A stretch of 64,000 bases of DNA from an uncultured Candidatus Binatia bacterium (lineage in GTDB: Bacteria; Desulfobacterota; Binatia; Bin18), in the NCBI GenBank assembly GCA_965200965.1, contig OZ241744.1, positions 1,248,001 through 1,312,000 of the forward strand, written 5' to 3'. The notes under the pieces are model-generated. The model did not search any database, was not told where the DNA came from, and saw only the letters and a program-made list of their open reading frames with translations. Shown here in pieces: positions 33,967 to 43,423 of the stretch. Numbering within the stretch: the stretch's first letter is position 1; each line of letters opens with the position of its first letter. Made by a program: the position numbers and the translations under genes.

Positions 33967-34254
33967 CTAGCCCCGGGCCCGCCCGGCTTCCCATTCCCAC
34001 GGCAGGGCGTATTTCTTGCTGGTGTTGCAAGCTTTACAGGCCGGAACGATATTGCCCCTGGTTGATCTTCCGCCCCGCACCAGGGGGACTAGATGGTCCA
34101 TGGTCAGTTCGGCGGGCGGAAAATGACCCTGGCAGTAGTGACAGAGACCGGACGCCCGCCTGCGCTTCCACCATTCAGAGCGGCGCAACTCACGCGCCCG
34201 GTTTTTCTCCAGCACGATATCCGAGGTGCTCACCTCAGAAAAAAATGGCTTCAC
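33967..34254 (-). CDS. Small HNH endonuclease-family protein
   Basis: CHYC..LTMDHLVPLVRGG..NIVPACKACN. Confidence 0.88.
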   Translation of the reverse strand: MKPFFSEVSTSDIVLEKNRARELRRSEWWKRRRASGLCHYCQGHFPPAELTMDHLVPLVRGGRSTRGNIVPACKACNTSKKYALPWEWEAGRARG

Positions 34255-34256
34255 TC

Positions 34257-34580
34257 TCAGTGCGAGCTTTCCGACGCTGACCCCTCCGCTTGGCCGGCCA
34301 TTCCTCTCTCGCCGCCTTCGGGCATGGTGCCCTGGTCTGCGCCGGCGGTCCCTTCAGCTTGGCCGGCCATTCCTCTCTCGCCGCCTTCGGGCATGGTACC
34401 CTGGTCTGCGCCGGCGGTCCCTTCAGCCCCGGCCTCCTGTTGCGTAGCCTCGGCCGGTTTGGCCTCGCTGCCGACCTGATGCGCGTCAGAACCTTCGTGA
34501 TGCGCAGCCCACAGGGCCGGCGACGGCGCGCTGAGCCCCAGCACAACGGCCAGAGCGGTGACAATTTTTTTCTTCTGCAT
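34257..34580 (-). CDS. Small secreted low-complexity protein with a 23-aa tandem repeat
   Basis: GGAGG SD; signal peptide MQKKKIVTALAVVLGLSAPSPALWA; acidic Gly/Ala/Glu-rich repeat. Confidence 0.7.
   Translation of the reverse strand: MQKKKIVTALAVVLGLSAPSPALWAAHHEGSDAHQVGSEAKPAEATQQEAGAEGTAGADQGTMPEGGERGMAGQAEGTAGADQGTMPEGGERGMAGQAEGSASESSH
34288..34427. repeat. 69-bp tandem duplication (2 copies)
   Basis: gcttggccggccattcctctctcgccgccttcgggcatgg... at 34288 and 34357. Confidence 0.9.
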
Positions 34581-34851
34581 ACCTGCTACCTCCTCCAGGT
34601 TCTTTAATACACCCACTGCCCGGTTGCAGCCTCGGGTGCTCAGGGAAGCCAGAGATAGCCGATTTCCTGACGAGTAACAAGCCCCTTTTTTCCGGGTTGG
34701 TCTGTCCCACCGGCGGGGAAAAAGCCCCGGAGGTGCTGGTAGCGGCAGCACGCCCACAGTGCGGCAAGCCGGGCCTGTCTTCTCGTACTGCTTTTGCTAT
34801 GCTGGCGCTTACCCGCTCCTGATGACCCGCAGGCGGGCCACCGGAGCAGCA

Positions 34852-35985
34852 ATGGAGCACCACGATTGTATTGTTATCGGCACTGGCGGGGTAGGCAGCG
34901 CGGCACTGTTTCACTTGGCCCGGCGCGGTGTGCGCGCCCTGGGAATTGACCGCTTTACACCCGGCCACGACCGGGGCAGTTCACACGGCCACACGCGCCT
35001 CATTCGCTTGGCCTATATGGAACACCCGGACTATGTGCCACTGCTGCGGCGGGCGTATACCCTGTGGGCCGAGCTATCCGAACAGTGTGGGCAGCAGTTG
35101 TATACCGAGACCGGCCTGCTTGAGGTCGGGCCGGCTGATGGTTTTATGGTCCCCGGGGTGCGGGCCAGCGCCCGCGCCCACCGGCTCCAGGTTGATGAAC
35201 TGAGCGCAACGGAGGCCGAACAGCGCTTCCCCGGCTTTCGGGTGCCCCCGAGCATGACCGCAGTGTTTGAGCAACGGGCCGGCTATCTGCGTGTTGAGGC
35301 GTGTGTCCTGGCCCATATCAATCACGCCCAGCGGGCTGGCGCTCGGGTGCGCAGCAACGAAATCGTCCGAGCTTGGCGGACCGACGGGCGGGGGGTGATT
35401 GTCACCACCGACCGGGCCGAGTATGCCGCCGAGCGGTGCATTATCACCGCCGGGGCGTGGGCCGGCCAGTTGTTAGGCGAGCTGGGCATCCCCTTGACTA
35501 TCCGGCGCAAGTCGCTGTTCTGGTACGAGACCGACGATCGTGTCTATGGGGAGCCGGGCTGTCCATGCTATTTTTATGAGACCCCGGAGGGCAATTTTTA
35601 CGGTTTTCCGCCCACCGACGGATTTGGCCTCAAAGTGGCCGAGCACTCGGGCGGACAGTCCGTCAGCGACCCGCTCAGCCTTGATCGGAACGTCTCTGCA
35701 CACGACCAAGACCAAGTTGAGCGCTTTCTGGCCGGCTATCTGCCGGGGGTCAGTCGGCGGTGCCAACACCATGTGGTGTGCATGTACACCATGAGCCCGG
35801 ACGAACATTTTGTGCTTGATCGGCACCCTGAGTATACGCAGGTCGCTTTTGTTGCCGGCCTCTCGGGCCACGGTTTCAAGTTTACCAGCGCGCTGGGCGA
35901 ACTCCTCAGTCAGCTGGCCCTTGACGGTCAGACCTGCTCAGCGGCCGAATTTCTAGGCTGTCAGCGTTTTTTGGCTAGGCGCTGA
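34852..35985 (+). CDS. solA: N-methyl-L-tryptophan oxidase / monomeric sarcosine oxidase family
   Basis: IGTGGVGSA, GSSHGHTRLIR, CMYTMSPD (covalent FAD Cys), GLSGHGFKF. Confidence 0.88.
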   Translation: MEHHDCIVIGTGGVGSAALFHLARRGVRALGIDRFTPGHDRGSSHGHTRLIRLAYMEHPDYVPLLRRAYTLWAELSEQCGQQLYTETGLLEVGPADGFMVPGVRASARAHRLQVDELSATEAEQRFPGFRVPPSMTAVFEQRAGYLRVEACVLAHINHAQRAGARVRSNEIVRAWRTDGRGVIVTTDRAEYAAERCIITAGAWAGQLLGELGIPLTIRRKSLFWYETDDRVYGEPGCPCYFYETPEGNFYGFPPTDGFGLKVAEHSGGQSVSDPLSLDRNVSAHDQDQVERFLAGYLPGVSRRCQHHVVCMYTMSPDEHFVLDRHPEYTQVAFVAGLSGHGFKFTSALGELLSQLALDGQTCSAAEFLGCQRFLARR

Positions 35986-36437
35986 CGGCGCTTGGCCAAG
36001 AGAGCGGCCAACGCGGCTTCAAGCTCGGGCTTGCCCAGGTCGGGAACACGGAGCTCAGAAAACCGCGGCGGCGGCAGACCAGCCGGTTCTCTGGGTGGTC
36101 TGGCCATGTCTTGGGGGCGACCCAGCACGAAAAAAAGGGTCTTGACCGACGGCGCGCCATACTTGGCCAGCGCCTGGTTCAAGCTGCGCACGATACGGCC
36201 TTTGAGGAACTGGAGTTCCTGGATGACGGCCGGATGAGCGACGGTCACAAACAGCTTTCCGTGCTGCACCTTGCTCGGCCAAGCCCTCGCGGCCACCGCC
36301 CTACCAACCGCTTCCTCCCAGACCTCCCACACCCGGTAGTCCTCCACCCGACCCGCAATCGGCAGGTCTGCTACCAGGCTCTTCAACACCTCGGCGGCTG
36401 AATTCCAGCCCCCTGTGGGGTAGCGGGTGTTTTTCAT
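35961..36437 (-). CDS. DUF721/DciA-family protein
   Basis: WEVWEEAVG..VA..P..GKLFVTV..QELQF.K..I..LN. Confidence 0.75.
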   Translation of the reverse strand: MKNTRYPTGGWNSAAEVLKSLVADLPIAGRVEDYRVWEVWEEAVGRAVAARAWPSKVQHGKLFVTVAHPAVIQELQFLKGRIVRSLNQALAKYGAPSVKTLFFVLGRPQDMARPPREPAGLPPPRFSELRVPDLGKPELEAALAALLAKRRQRLAKKR

Positions 36438-36481
36438 ACGCGCTTGCAGTATACGCTGGAAATACAAGGAGATTCAATGAC

Positions 36482-36528
36482 ATACTACTATTAGTGTTTT
36501 TTTCTCTTGACAATACCAGATGTTGTGT
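36482..36528 (+). promoter_or_regulatory. Tandem NrdR boxes overlapping a TTGACA -35 element upstream of nrdJ
   Basis: ATACTACTATTAGTGT (36482) and ATACCAGATGTTGTGT (36513), 31 bp apart, resemble the consensus acaCwAtATaTwGtgt; TTGACA at 36507. Confidence 0.7.
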
Positions 36529-36546
36529 ATGTTGTGTATGTTGTGT
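36520..36546 (+). repeat. 9-bp tandem repeat (ATGTTGTGT)x3
   Basis: atgttgtgt atgttgtgt atgttgtgt read directly. Confidence 0.9.
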
Positions 36547-36595
36547 ATAGTGAGCCCATCTCATCCCACGGAGCGGAAAAGAGGAGGAGGTGGCT

Positions 36596-39394
36596 ATGGC
36601 GGAGCGAGAACCAAAGATGTGGCAGCAAGACGAGTTCTCAGGCGAGCAGGAGACGGGCGTGATGGGGGCCGAGCCCCCACGACACGCCTCCAGCGGCCTT
36701 CGCCTCAGCCGCCACTTTACCCGGGCGGGTGAGCATCCCTTATCAACGGTTGAGTGGGAGCGGCGCAGCGCTGTTATCTCAGGAGAAAACGGGGAGCGCG
36801 TGTTTGAACAGCACGAGGTTGAAGTCCCCAAAGCCTGGTCTCAATTGGCGACCAATGTCGTTGTCTCAAAATACTTTCGGGGGCCGCTCGGTACGCCCCA
36901 GCGGGAACACAGCGTGCGCCAGCTCATCGGCCGGGTCGTCAAGACCATCACCGCCTGGGGCAAAAAAGACGGCTATTTTACCGACGACAGCGCCCAGATT
37001 TTCAGCGACGAACTCAGCCATCTGTTGGTCACTCAAAAGCTGGCCTTCAACAGCCCGGTCTGGTTCAATGTCGGGGTTGAGCTGCAGCCGCAGTGTAGCG
37101 CGTGTTTTATCCTGTCGGTCAACGACCAGATGGAGTCGATCCTCGATTGGTATCGCAAAGAGGGCCTTATTTTTAAGGGTGGCTCGGGATCCGGGGTCAA
37201 CCTGTCCGGCATCCGCTCGTCCAAAGAGCGCCTGTCGAGCGGGGGGGCGGCCTCTGGGCCGGTCTCGTTTATGCGGGCGGCTGACGCGTCCGCGGGGGTC
37301 ATTAAATCGGGGGGCAAGACGCGCCGGGCGGCCAAAATGGTCGTCCTGAATGTGGACCACCCGGATATTGTCGATTTTATTCAGTGCAAGGCCGAAGAAG
37401 AGCGTAAAGCCTGGACGCTGATTGAAGCCGGCTACGACGCTTCAATTGACGGGGCGGCCTACAACTCGGTCTTCTTTCAGAACGCCAACAACTCGGTTCG
37501 GGTCAGCGATGCCTTTATGCACGCGGTGGTCGATCACCAGCCGTGGTCCACCCGGTTTGTCACCACCGGACAAGAGCACGAGACCTTTGCCGCCGAGGAA
37601 CTGTTACGCAAGATCGCCGAGGCGACCTGGCAGTGCGGCGACCCCGGTATACAGTTCGATTCCACGATCAACGCCTGGCACACCTGCCCCAACAGCGGGC
37701 GGATTAACGCCAGCAATCCGTGCTCGGAGTATATGCACCTTGACGACAGCGCGTGTAATCTGGCCTCACTCAACCTCCTGAAGTTCCTCAAGGACGACGG
37801 CGGATTTGACACCGCGGCCTTCAAACATGCGGTTGATATCAGTATGACCGCCCAAGACATCATCGTTGACAACTCCAGCTATCCCACGCCCCAGATTACG
37901 GAGAACGCCAGAGCCTTCCGCGAACTGGGCCTGGGCTATGCCAACCTGGGCGCGGTGCTGATGTCCCTGGGCCTGCCCTACGATTCCGAGGCCGGCCGGC
38001 AGTACGCCGGCGCGATTACGGCCCTGATGACCGGCCAAGCCTACCTCCAGTCGGCCCGCATCGCCCAACAGCTCGGCCCGTTTGCCGGCTATGCGAGCAA
38101 CCGTGAGCCCATGCTGGCGGTGATTGACAAACATCGCTCGGCCGCCCATCAGCTTGACCCGTCTCTGGTACCGCTGGAACTGTTATCCGAGGCGCGCAGA
38201 GCCTGGGATGAGGCCCTGGCCCTCGGCCAGCGTATCGGCTACCGCAACTCGCAAGCGACAGTATTGGCCCCAACCGGGACCATCGCCTTTATGATGGACT
38301 GCGATACCACCGGAGTTGAGCCGGACATCGCTCTGATCAAGTATAAACGCTTGGTCGGCGGTGGGCTGCTGAAACTGGTCAATACCACGGTTCCCCACGC
38401 GCTGGCGCGACTCGGCTACGCCAGCCGGGAGGTCCAGGCCATTGTTGAATACATTGATGAGCAGGAGACGATTGAGGGCGCTCCGGGATTGCGCGATGAA
38501 CACTTGGCGGTGTTTGACTGCGCCTTCAAACCGCTCCGGGGGAGCCGGACGATCCACCACCTGGGGCATTTGCGGATGATGGGAGCGGTCCAGCCCTTTC
38601 TGTCGGGCGCTATCTCCAAAACGGTCAATCTGTCCAACGATGCCACGGTTGAGGATATTGTTGACACCTATATGGAAGCTTGGTGCCTGGGGCTCAAGGC
38701 GGTCGCTATCTATCGTGACGGGTGTAAGCGGGTCCAACCGCTGGGGACGCATGCCGCGGACACACCGCCGCCCGCGGAATTCAAACAGGAACGGCGACGC
38801 CTGCCTATGGACCGCGCGGCCATCTGTCATAAGTTTGAGGTGGCCGGCCACGAGGGCTATATCCATGTCGGCTTTTATGAGGACAGGGCACCCGGAGAAA
38901 TCTTTATCCGCATGGCCAAGGAAGGCAGCACCATATCGGGCCTCATGGACTCAATCGCGACCCTGACTTCTGTGGCCTTGCAATACGGCGTACCGCTGGA
39001 AACTTTGGTGAACAAGTTTGGCCATGTCCGCTTTGAGCCGTCCGGGTTTACCAAGAACCCGGATATCCCCTACGCAAAATCGCTGATCGACTATATCTTC
39101 CGCTTTCTGGGCACCCGCTTTTTGTCAAGCGATCTGAAACAGGAAATCGGCTTGGCCGAAACGATGGACGCGGTGCAGCCGGCAGACCAGACCGCGGGCA
39201 GCGCCGCTGTCGAGCCGATGGCTGACCGCCCAGTCCTCGCCGAGGAGGCCAAGGTCTCACGCGCCTTCCCGCAGATCGTCCCTTGGCAATCGCAGGCGGA
39301 CGCGCCGAGCTGTGCCGAGTGTGGCTCAATCATGATTCGGAACGGGTCGTGCTACAAGTGTCTCAACTGTGGCTCAACGAGCGGCTGTTCGTAA
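36596..39394 (+). CDS. nrdJ: Vitamin B12-dependent class II ribonucleotide reductase with C-terminal TSCPD domain and Zn ribbon
   Basis: FNSPVWFN, PQCSACFI, NASNPCSEY, APTGTI, ISKTVN, YRDG; C-terminal CAECG..CYKCLNCG. Confidence 0.95.
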   Translation: MAEREPKMWQQDEFSGEQETGVMGAEPPRHASSGLRLSRHFTRAGEHPLSTVEWERRSAVISGENGERVFEQHEVEVPKAWSQLATNVVVSKYFRGPLGTPQREHSVRQLIGRVVKTITAWGKKDGYFTDDSAQIFSDELSHLLVTQKLAFNSPVWFNVGVELQPQCSACFILSVNDQMESILDWYRKEGLIFKGGSGSGVNLSGIRSSKERLSSGGAASGPVSFMRAADASAGVIKSGGKTRRAAKMVVLNVDHPDIVDFIQCKAEEERKAWTLIEAGYDASIDGAAYNSVFFQNANNSVRVSDAFMHAVVDHQPWSTRFVTTGQEHETFAAEELLRKIAEATWQCGDPGIQFDSTINAWHTCPNSGRINASNPCSEYMHLDDSACNLASLNLLKFLKDDGGFDTAAFKHAVDISMTAQDIIVDNSSYPTPQITENARAFRELGLGYANLGAVLMSLGLPYDSEAGRQYAGAITALMTGQAYLQSARIAQQLGPFAGYASNREPMLAVIDKHRSAAHQLDPSLVPLELLSEARRAWDEALALGQRIGYRNSQATVLAPTGTIAFMMDCDTTGVEPDIALIKYKRLVGGGLLKLVNTTVPHALARLGYASREVQAIVEYIDEQETIEGAPGLRDEHLAVFDCAFKPLRGSRTIHHLGHLRMMGAVQPFLSGAISKTVNLSNDATVEDIVDTYMEAWCLGLKAVAIYRDGCKRVQPLGTHAADTPPPAEFKQERRRLPMDRAAICHKFEVAGHEGYIHVGFYEDRAPGEIFIRMAKEGSTISGLMDSIATLTSVALQYGVPLETLVNKFGHVRFEPSGFTKNPDIPYAKSLIDYIFRFLGTRFLSSDLKQEIGLAETMDAVQPADQTAGSAAVEPMADRPVLAEEAKVSRAFPQIVPWQSQADAPSCAECGSIMIRNGSCYKCLNCGSTSGCS

Positions 39395-39431
39395 GCAACA
39401 ACAGTCGAAGGTGTTGAAGGGAGGATTGTAT

Positions 39432-40154
39432 ATGCCGATATTCGAACGTGGTGATATCAAGCTGTACTATGAAGAGCACGGGGCGGGTTTTCCGGTTTTG
39501 CTCATTGCCCCGGGCGGCATGCGTTCCGCGGTGTCCTTCTGGGATCAGGCCGCCTGGAATCCTATTTCACAGCTCGCCCCCCACTATCGCGTCATCGCTA
39601 TGGATCAGCGCAACGCCGGTCAATCCACCGCCCCGATCAGGGCAGGCGACAGTTGGCACGTCTATACCGAGGATCAGCTCGCCCTGCTCAACCACCTCGG
39701 TGTCGGTCGCTTTCACGTCGCCGGCATGTGTATCGGCGGCCCGTACTGCATGGGCCTCATCGAGGCCGCCCCGCAACGGGTAAGCTCGGCGATTTTATTT
39801 CAGCCAATCGGTCTGTCGGACAACCGTCAGGCATTTTATGACATGTTTGACGGCTGGGCTGAGACCCTCAAGCCGGACCACCCGGAGGTGAGTGCCGAGG
39901 TCTGGGAGACATTCAAAACGTCAATGTATGGTGGGGATTTTCTGTTTAACGTGTCAAAAGAGTTTGTCGCCCGGTGCTCAACGCCTCTCCTGGTCCTGCT
40001 CGGCAACGACCTCTACCATCCAGCCGAAACCTCGCGCGAGATCGCCCGGCTGGCCCAAAACGCCACCCTTATTGAACACTGGAAAGATCCCCCAGATCAG
40101 CCGGCGGCCAAACAGGCGCTAGCAGACTTTCTGGCCCACCACACGCCACGCTAG
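39432..40154 (+). CDS. Alpha/beta hydrolase
   Basis: YYEEHGAGFPVLLIAPGG, MDQRNAGQS, GMCIGG (Cys at the nucleophile elbow), D.YHP. Confidence 0.85.
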   Translation: MPIFERGDIKLYYEEHGAGFPVLLIAPGGMRSAVSFWDQAAWNPISQLAPHYRVIAMDQRNAGQSTAPIRAGDSWHVYTEDQLALLNHLGVGRFHVAGMCIGGPYCMGLIEAAPQRVSSAILFQPIGLSDNRQAFYDMFDGWAETLKPDHPEVSAEVWETFKTSMYGGDFLFNVSKEFVARCSTPLLVLLGNDLYHPAETSREIARLAQNATLIEHWKDPPDQPAAKQALADFLAHHTPR

Positions 40155-40167
40155 AGAGGAGCATACG

Positions 40168-40629
40168 ATGAGCGAGGCCAACGTTTCCCGACTTCCGCGA
40201 TGGATTGCCGACCACCTGCAACGCTATCTTGAAACCGACGGGACCAACGGCCATATGTGGGACTCCACCCCAGTCGGCGGCCCAGGGCTCCTCCCCACCC
40301 TCCTGTTGACAACCCGCGGCCGTCGCTCGGGCAAGCCCATCACCATGCCGCTGATCTATGGTGAGGCGAACGGCAACTATATCATTGTCGCATCAAAGGG
40401 TGGCGCACGACAGCATCCCGGCTGGTATCTGAACTTGGCTGCCAACCCCCGGGTTGAGGTGCAGATCCTTGACAGACACTTTCAGGCCACCGCCCGCACT
40501 GCTGCCGGGCCAGAGCGGGCCAGCCTGTGGCAACAGATGCGCGAGATATATCCTCCCTACGATGAATACCAGGCAAAAACAGATCGGCAGATTCCGGTGG
40601 TGGTCGTTGAGCCGCTTGGCGAGGGCTAA
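40168..40629 (+). CDS. Deazaflavin (F420H2)-dependent nitroreductase family (Ddn-like)
   Basis: LLLTTRGRRSG, VASKGGA..HPGWYLNL.ANP, YDEYQAKTDRQIPVV. Confidence 0.9.
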   Translation: MSEANVSRLPRWIADHLQRYLETDGTNGHMWDSTPVGGPGLLPTLLLTTRGRRSGKPITMPLIYGEANGNYIIVASKGGARQHPGWYLNLAANPRVEVQILDRHFQATARTAAGPERASLWQQMREIYPPYDEYQAKTDRQIPVVVVEPLGEG

Positions 40630-40650
40630 GCCACGGTCGGCAGGCTCGGC

Positions 40651-41196
40651 TCAGCCGACCTGCTGTTGGAGCACATAGAGGCCGTCGAGCTCGCGGTAAC
40701 GTTCTCCATAATCGGTGCCATAGCCAACCAGGAAGCCCCGGGGAAGCACAAACCCAATATGATCAACGCCAATTTGGCGCTGGGTCCGGTCTTCTTTTTT
40801 GACCAGCACGCACACCGTCAGCGATCGCGGCCCAGCCTGTCTCAGCCAGGGTATCACGGAGTCAAGCGTCAAGCCGGTGTCCAGAACGGTATCGACCAGG
40901 ATGACATCCTGGTCACGCAGGTCCTGCTCGGGGTCGTGCAACAACCGCACCCGGCCTGAGGAGTTGGTCGTCGGGCCATAGCTGGCGGTCCGGATGAAAT
41001 CAACCCGGACCGGGATATCCATTGCCCGGACAAGGTCGGCCACAAACATGAACGCGCCCTTGAGAATACCGACCACGAGCGGCTCGCGGCCGGCAAAGGT
41101 TTGAGACAGCTGCCGGGCCATGACCCGCACCCGGCCAGCGATCTGGTCCGGGGTGTAGACCAGGGCGAGAGAGGCGGGCAGGCGGGTCTGCATCAT
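40651..41196 (-). CDS. hpt: Hypoxanthine phosphoribosyltransferase
   Basis: GILKGAFMFVADL, ASYG, ILVDTVLDTGLTL, FLVGYG.DY.E.YR. Confidence 0.9.
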   Translation of the reverse strand: MMQTRLPASLALVYTPDQIAGRVRVMARQLSQTFAGREPLVVGILKGAFMFVADLVRAMDIPVRVDFIRTASYGPTTNSSGRVRLLHDPEQDLRDQDVILVDTVLDTGLTLDSVIPWLRQAGPRSLTVCVLVKKEDRTQRQIGVDHIGFVLPRGFLVGYGTDYGERYRELDGLYVLQQQVG

Positions 41197-41264
41197 AGCT
41201 TGTCTCTATCCGCACCGGCTCAGGCTATCCGGCCGGGATCACGAACCCCGACAAACTGGGCCGG

Positions 41265-41453
41265 TCAGTTGCTCCGGGTCAGGGCCATCTGCTCCGGGTA
41301 CATATACGAGATGGCATAGATCACACGCGGGCCAGGGGACTTCCGCATCGCGATCTGTTTGGGCCTCACCTGTGGCGTGATATGCAAAATAAAACCGTTG
41401 CGGGCGGTGAGCAGCCGGGATGGTTTTGGCGTCTGGGGCAGCTTGTCTTCCAT
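41265..41453 (-). CDS. Small hypothetical protein
   Basis: 62-aa ORF starting 4 bp after the upstream ORF; no recognisable motif. Confidence 0.4.
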   Translation of the reverse strand: MEDKLPQTPKPSRLLTARNGFILHITPQVRPKQIAMRKSPGPRVIYAISYMYPEQMALTRSN

Positions 41454-41457
41454 GTCT

Positions 41458-41676
41458 CTAATGCCCCACCTCTTTCTCAAAGGGATCCTCCGCTTCCTCA
41501 GCCTGATCGAGCAGATAGCTCAGTTCGCGGCAGGCTTCATTGACGTGATGGGCAACGGCCAGCAGCGAGCCGTAGGCCTCTTCGTCTGGCTCATACTGTT
41601 TGAGATGCTCGTTGACCATACGCAGGAGGTCGCGCATCTGCTCTTCTGCACTCCAAAGATGCTCGCACGAAGCCAC
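41458..41676 (-). CDS. Small helical hypothetical protein
   Basis: AAAGGAGGA SD before GTG; amphipathic helical sequence. Confidence 0.65.
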   Translation of the reverse strand: MASCEHLWSAEEQMRDLLRMVNEHLKQYEPDEEAYGSLLAVAHHVNEACRELSYLLDQAEEAEDPFEKEVGH

Positions 41677-41825
41677 GGCGTCCTCCTTTCAATATTACAG
41701 CGCAGGCATTCTAGCGGACAATCAGCGACCCGCCTAGAGCGGGCCACGGGCACGCCCTGGATTGCAGGCCGCGGCCAAGCTGGATATGCAGACAGAAACA
41801 CCTGCAAGCAAGATGGGAGGACACC

Positions 41826-42599
41826 GTGCGAACATGGCTGCTCAGCGGGATATGGCTCGGTCTGGGACTCCTGGGGCTGCCCGGGGCCGAGGCTCAGGAT
41901 CGGATGAGTCGGGGCATGGGCTACGAAGAGACCATGCGCTGGAGCGAAGCGGTCTCTGAGTACACAGAGTTGCTCAAGGAACAGCCCGAGCACATCGAAG
42001 CGCGCTACCGTCTGGGCGTGGTGTATGAAAAGCTGGGCGTAATTGACACCGCCCTGAACTGGTACCGGGAGGTCTTGAACCACACGCCCGATCATGCAGG
42101 TGCCCGCACCGCCCTGGCCGGCTACTATGTAAAGCGAGGGGCAGAGCTGCGGCGCAACAAGAAGCCGGTTGAGGCCGCCCGGGCGTTTCAGCAGGCCCTA
42201 CACTACGAGCCAGACTCGGCCTCGGTCCATTTTGAGTTGGGTCAGGAGTTGCTCAAAACCGGCCAACAGGACGAGGCGCTTGCAGCCTATCAAGAGGCCC
42301 TTCGGCTTGAGCCGGACATGAGCGCAGCCCATAACCAGCTGGCCAGGGTGTATACCGATAAGGGCCTGTATCAAGAGGCCCGGCAAGCGTATGAAGAGGT
42401 CGTCCGGTTCAACCCGGACGACCCGGAAGCCCATCATGGCCTGGGTGTGGTGTATAGCAAATTGGGCCAACGCGACGAGGCGATTGCTACCCTGGAGAAA
42501 TCGTGGAAGGGCTATTTGAAGCTTGGCCGCCGTGACTTGGCCCGGCCGGCGTTTGAGCTCCAGAAAAAGTTGATGGCCGAACGCCTAGCCGACCAATAA
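41826..42599 (+). CDS. Exported TPR protein
   Basis: Signal peptide ending AEA; several TPRs (ARYRLGVVYEKLG, AHHGLGVVYSKLG). Confidence 0.85.
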   Translation: MRTWLLSGIWLGLGLLGLPGAEAQDRMSRGMGYEETMRWSEAVSEYTELLKEQPEHIEARYRLGVVYEKLGVIDTALNWYREVLNHTPDHAGARTALAGYYVKRGAELRRNKKPVEAARAFQQALHYEPDSASVHFELGQELLKTGQQDEALAAYQEALRLEPDMSAAHNQLARVYTDKGLYQEARQAYEEVVRFNPDDPEAHHGLGVVYSKLGQRDEAIATLEKSWKGYLKLGRRDLARPAFELQKKLMAERLADQ

Positions 42600-42603
42600 C
42601 AGA

Positions 42604-43362
42604 CTAGGGCACGCGCAGAGCCGGCAGCAGAGTCCGGCACAGCCGGGTAATGGTCCGGGCAACCGTGGCTCGGACACGCCCTAGGGCGAGCAGGCCGGGC
42701 AGAGAACGGGGGTGGGTCAGAAGCCGGGAGGCCGCCTTGAGGGGGCGGATATCGCCCTCGGGTGTGGTTAGCCCTGTGACAGCCGGCAAGGACATCCCGA
42801 GCGGATCGAGAATCACTCGCAAGGGCAAAAAAGGCAGCGCCCGGGCCTGGGCAAACGCGGCATGAACCCCGCTTTCCATCTCGACCGCAACCGCCCCGGT
42901 GTGTCTGCCGTGGCCGGCTTTTTCCTGGCTGCTGAGCAGCGCCCGCGGGCTGCTCAAGAGCGGTCCGTCTACCACAGCAATGTCGGCCCGCGCAGCCTCG
43001 GCCCGCGCTTGACCCAACAAACCGGGATGGGTGGCAAAGCGGTCGAGTTGCGACGGTGAACCGACTGTAGACATCCGCACCTCGGGTGCCAGCACGAGTT
43101 GGCCCGAAACCAGTTCCGTCCGCAGCGCCCCGGCACAGCCGACGGACACCACGGCCAACAAGGGCGTATCCCAAAATCGCTCAAGGGCGAGCCGTGTCCG
43201 GTACGGGCCAACCCCGCCGGTCATGACCACCACCTCGTGTTGACCCGCCCTTCCCCGCCACACCCGTTTGTCTTCGCGCCTGAGCTGACGCAGGGCGACC
43301 AGCACAGCGTCACTCTCCCAGGACAGCGCGGTAAAAACGGCCAGGGGAAGTGTGTCGGGCAT
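42604..43362 (-). CDS. Nucleoside phosphorylase-family protein (HpnG-like)
   Basis: TAL..E, TGGVG, SVGCAGAL, AVEMES, LRVILD; adjacent to hpnAB. Confidence 0.75.
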   Translation of the reverse strand: MPDTLPLAVFTALSWESDAVLVALRQLRREDKRVWRGRAGQHEVVVMTGGVGPYRTRLALERFWDTPLLAVVSVGCAGALRTELVSGQLVLAPEVRMSTVGSPSQLDRFATHPGLLGQARAEAARADIAVVDGPLLSSPRALLSSQEKAGHGRHTGAVAVEMESGVHAAFAQARALPFLPLRVILDPLGMSLPAVTGLTTPEGDIRPLKAASRLLTHPRSLPGLLALGRVRATVARTITRLCRTLLPALRVP

Positions 43363-43423
43363 GGGCAGGGGCCAGAGGGTGCGGTCAATGCAGGCAGGTC
43401 TCAACTGTGATACAGCGCTGCTG

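Noticed and set aside
33967-34254. HNH protein as a defence or homing nuclease
   Set aside because: Short standalone HNH in a housekeeping context with host-like GC and no mobile features.
36596-39394. Intein or intron in nrdJ
   Set aside because: Length and motif spacing are continuous; no intein splice motifs were seen.
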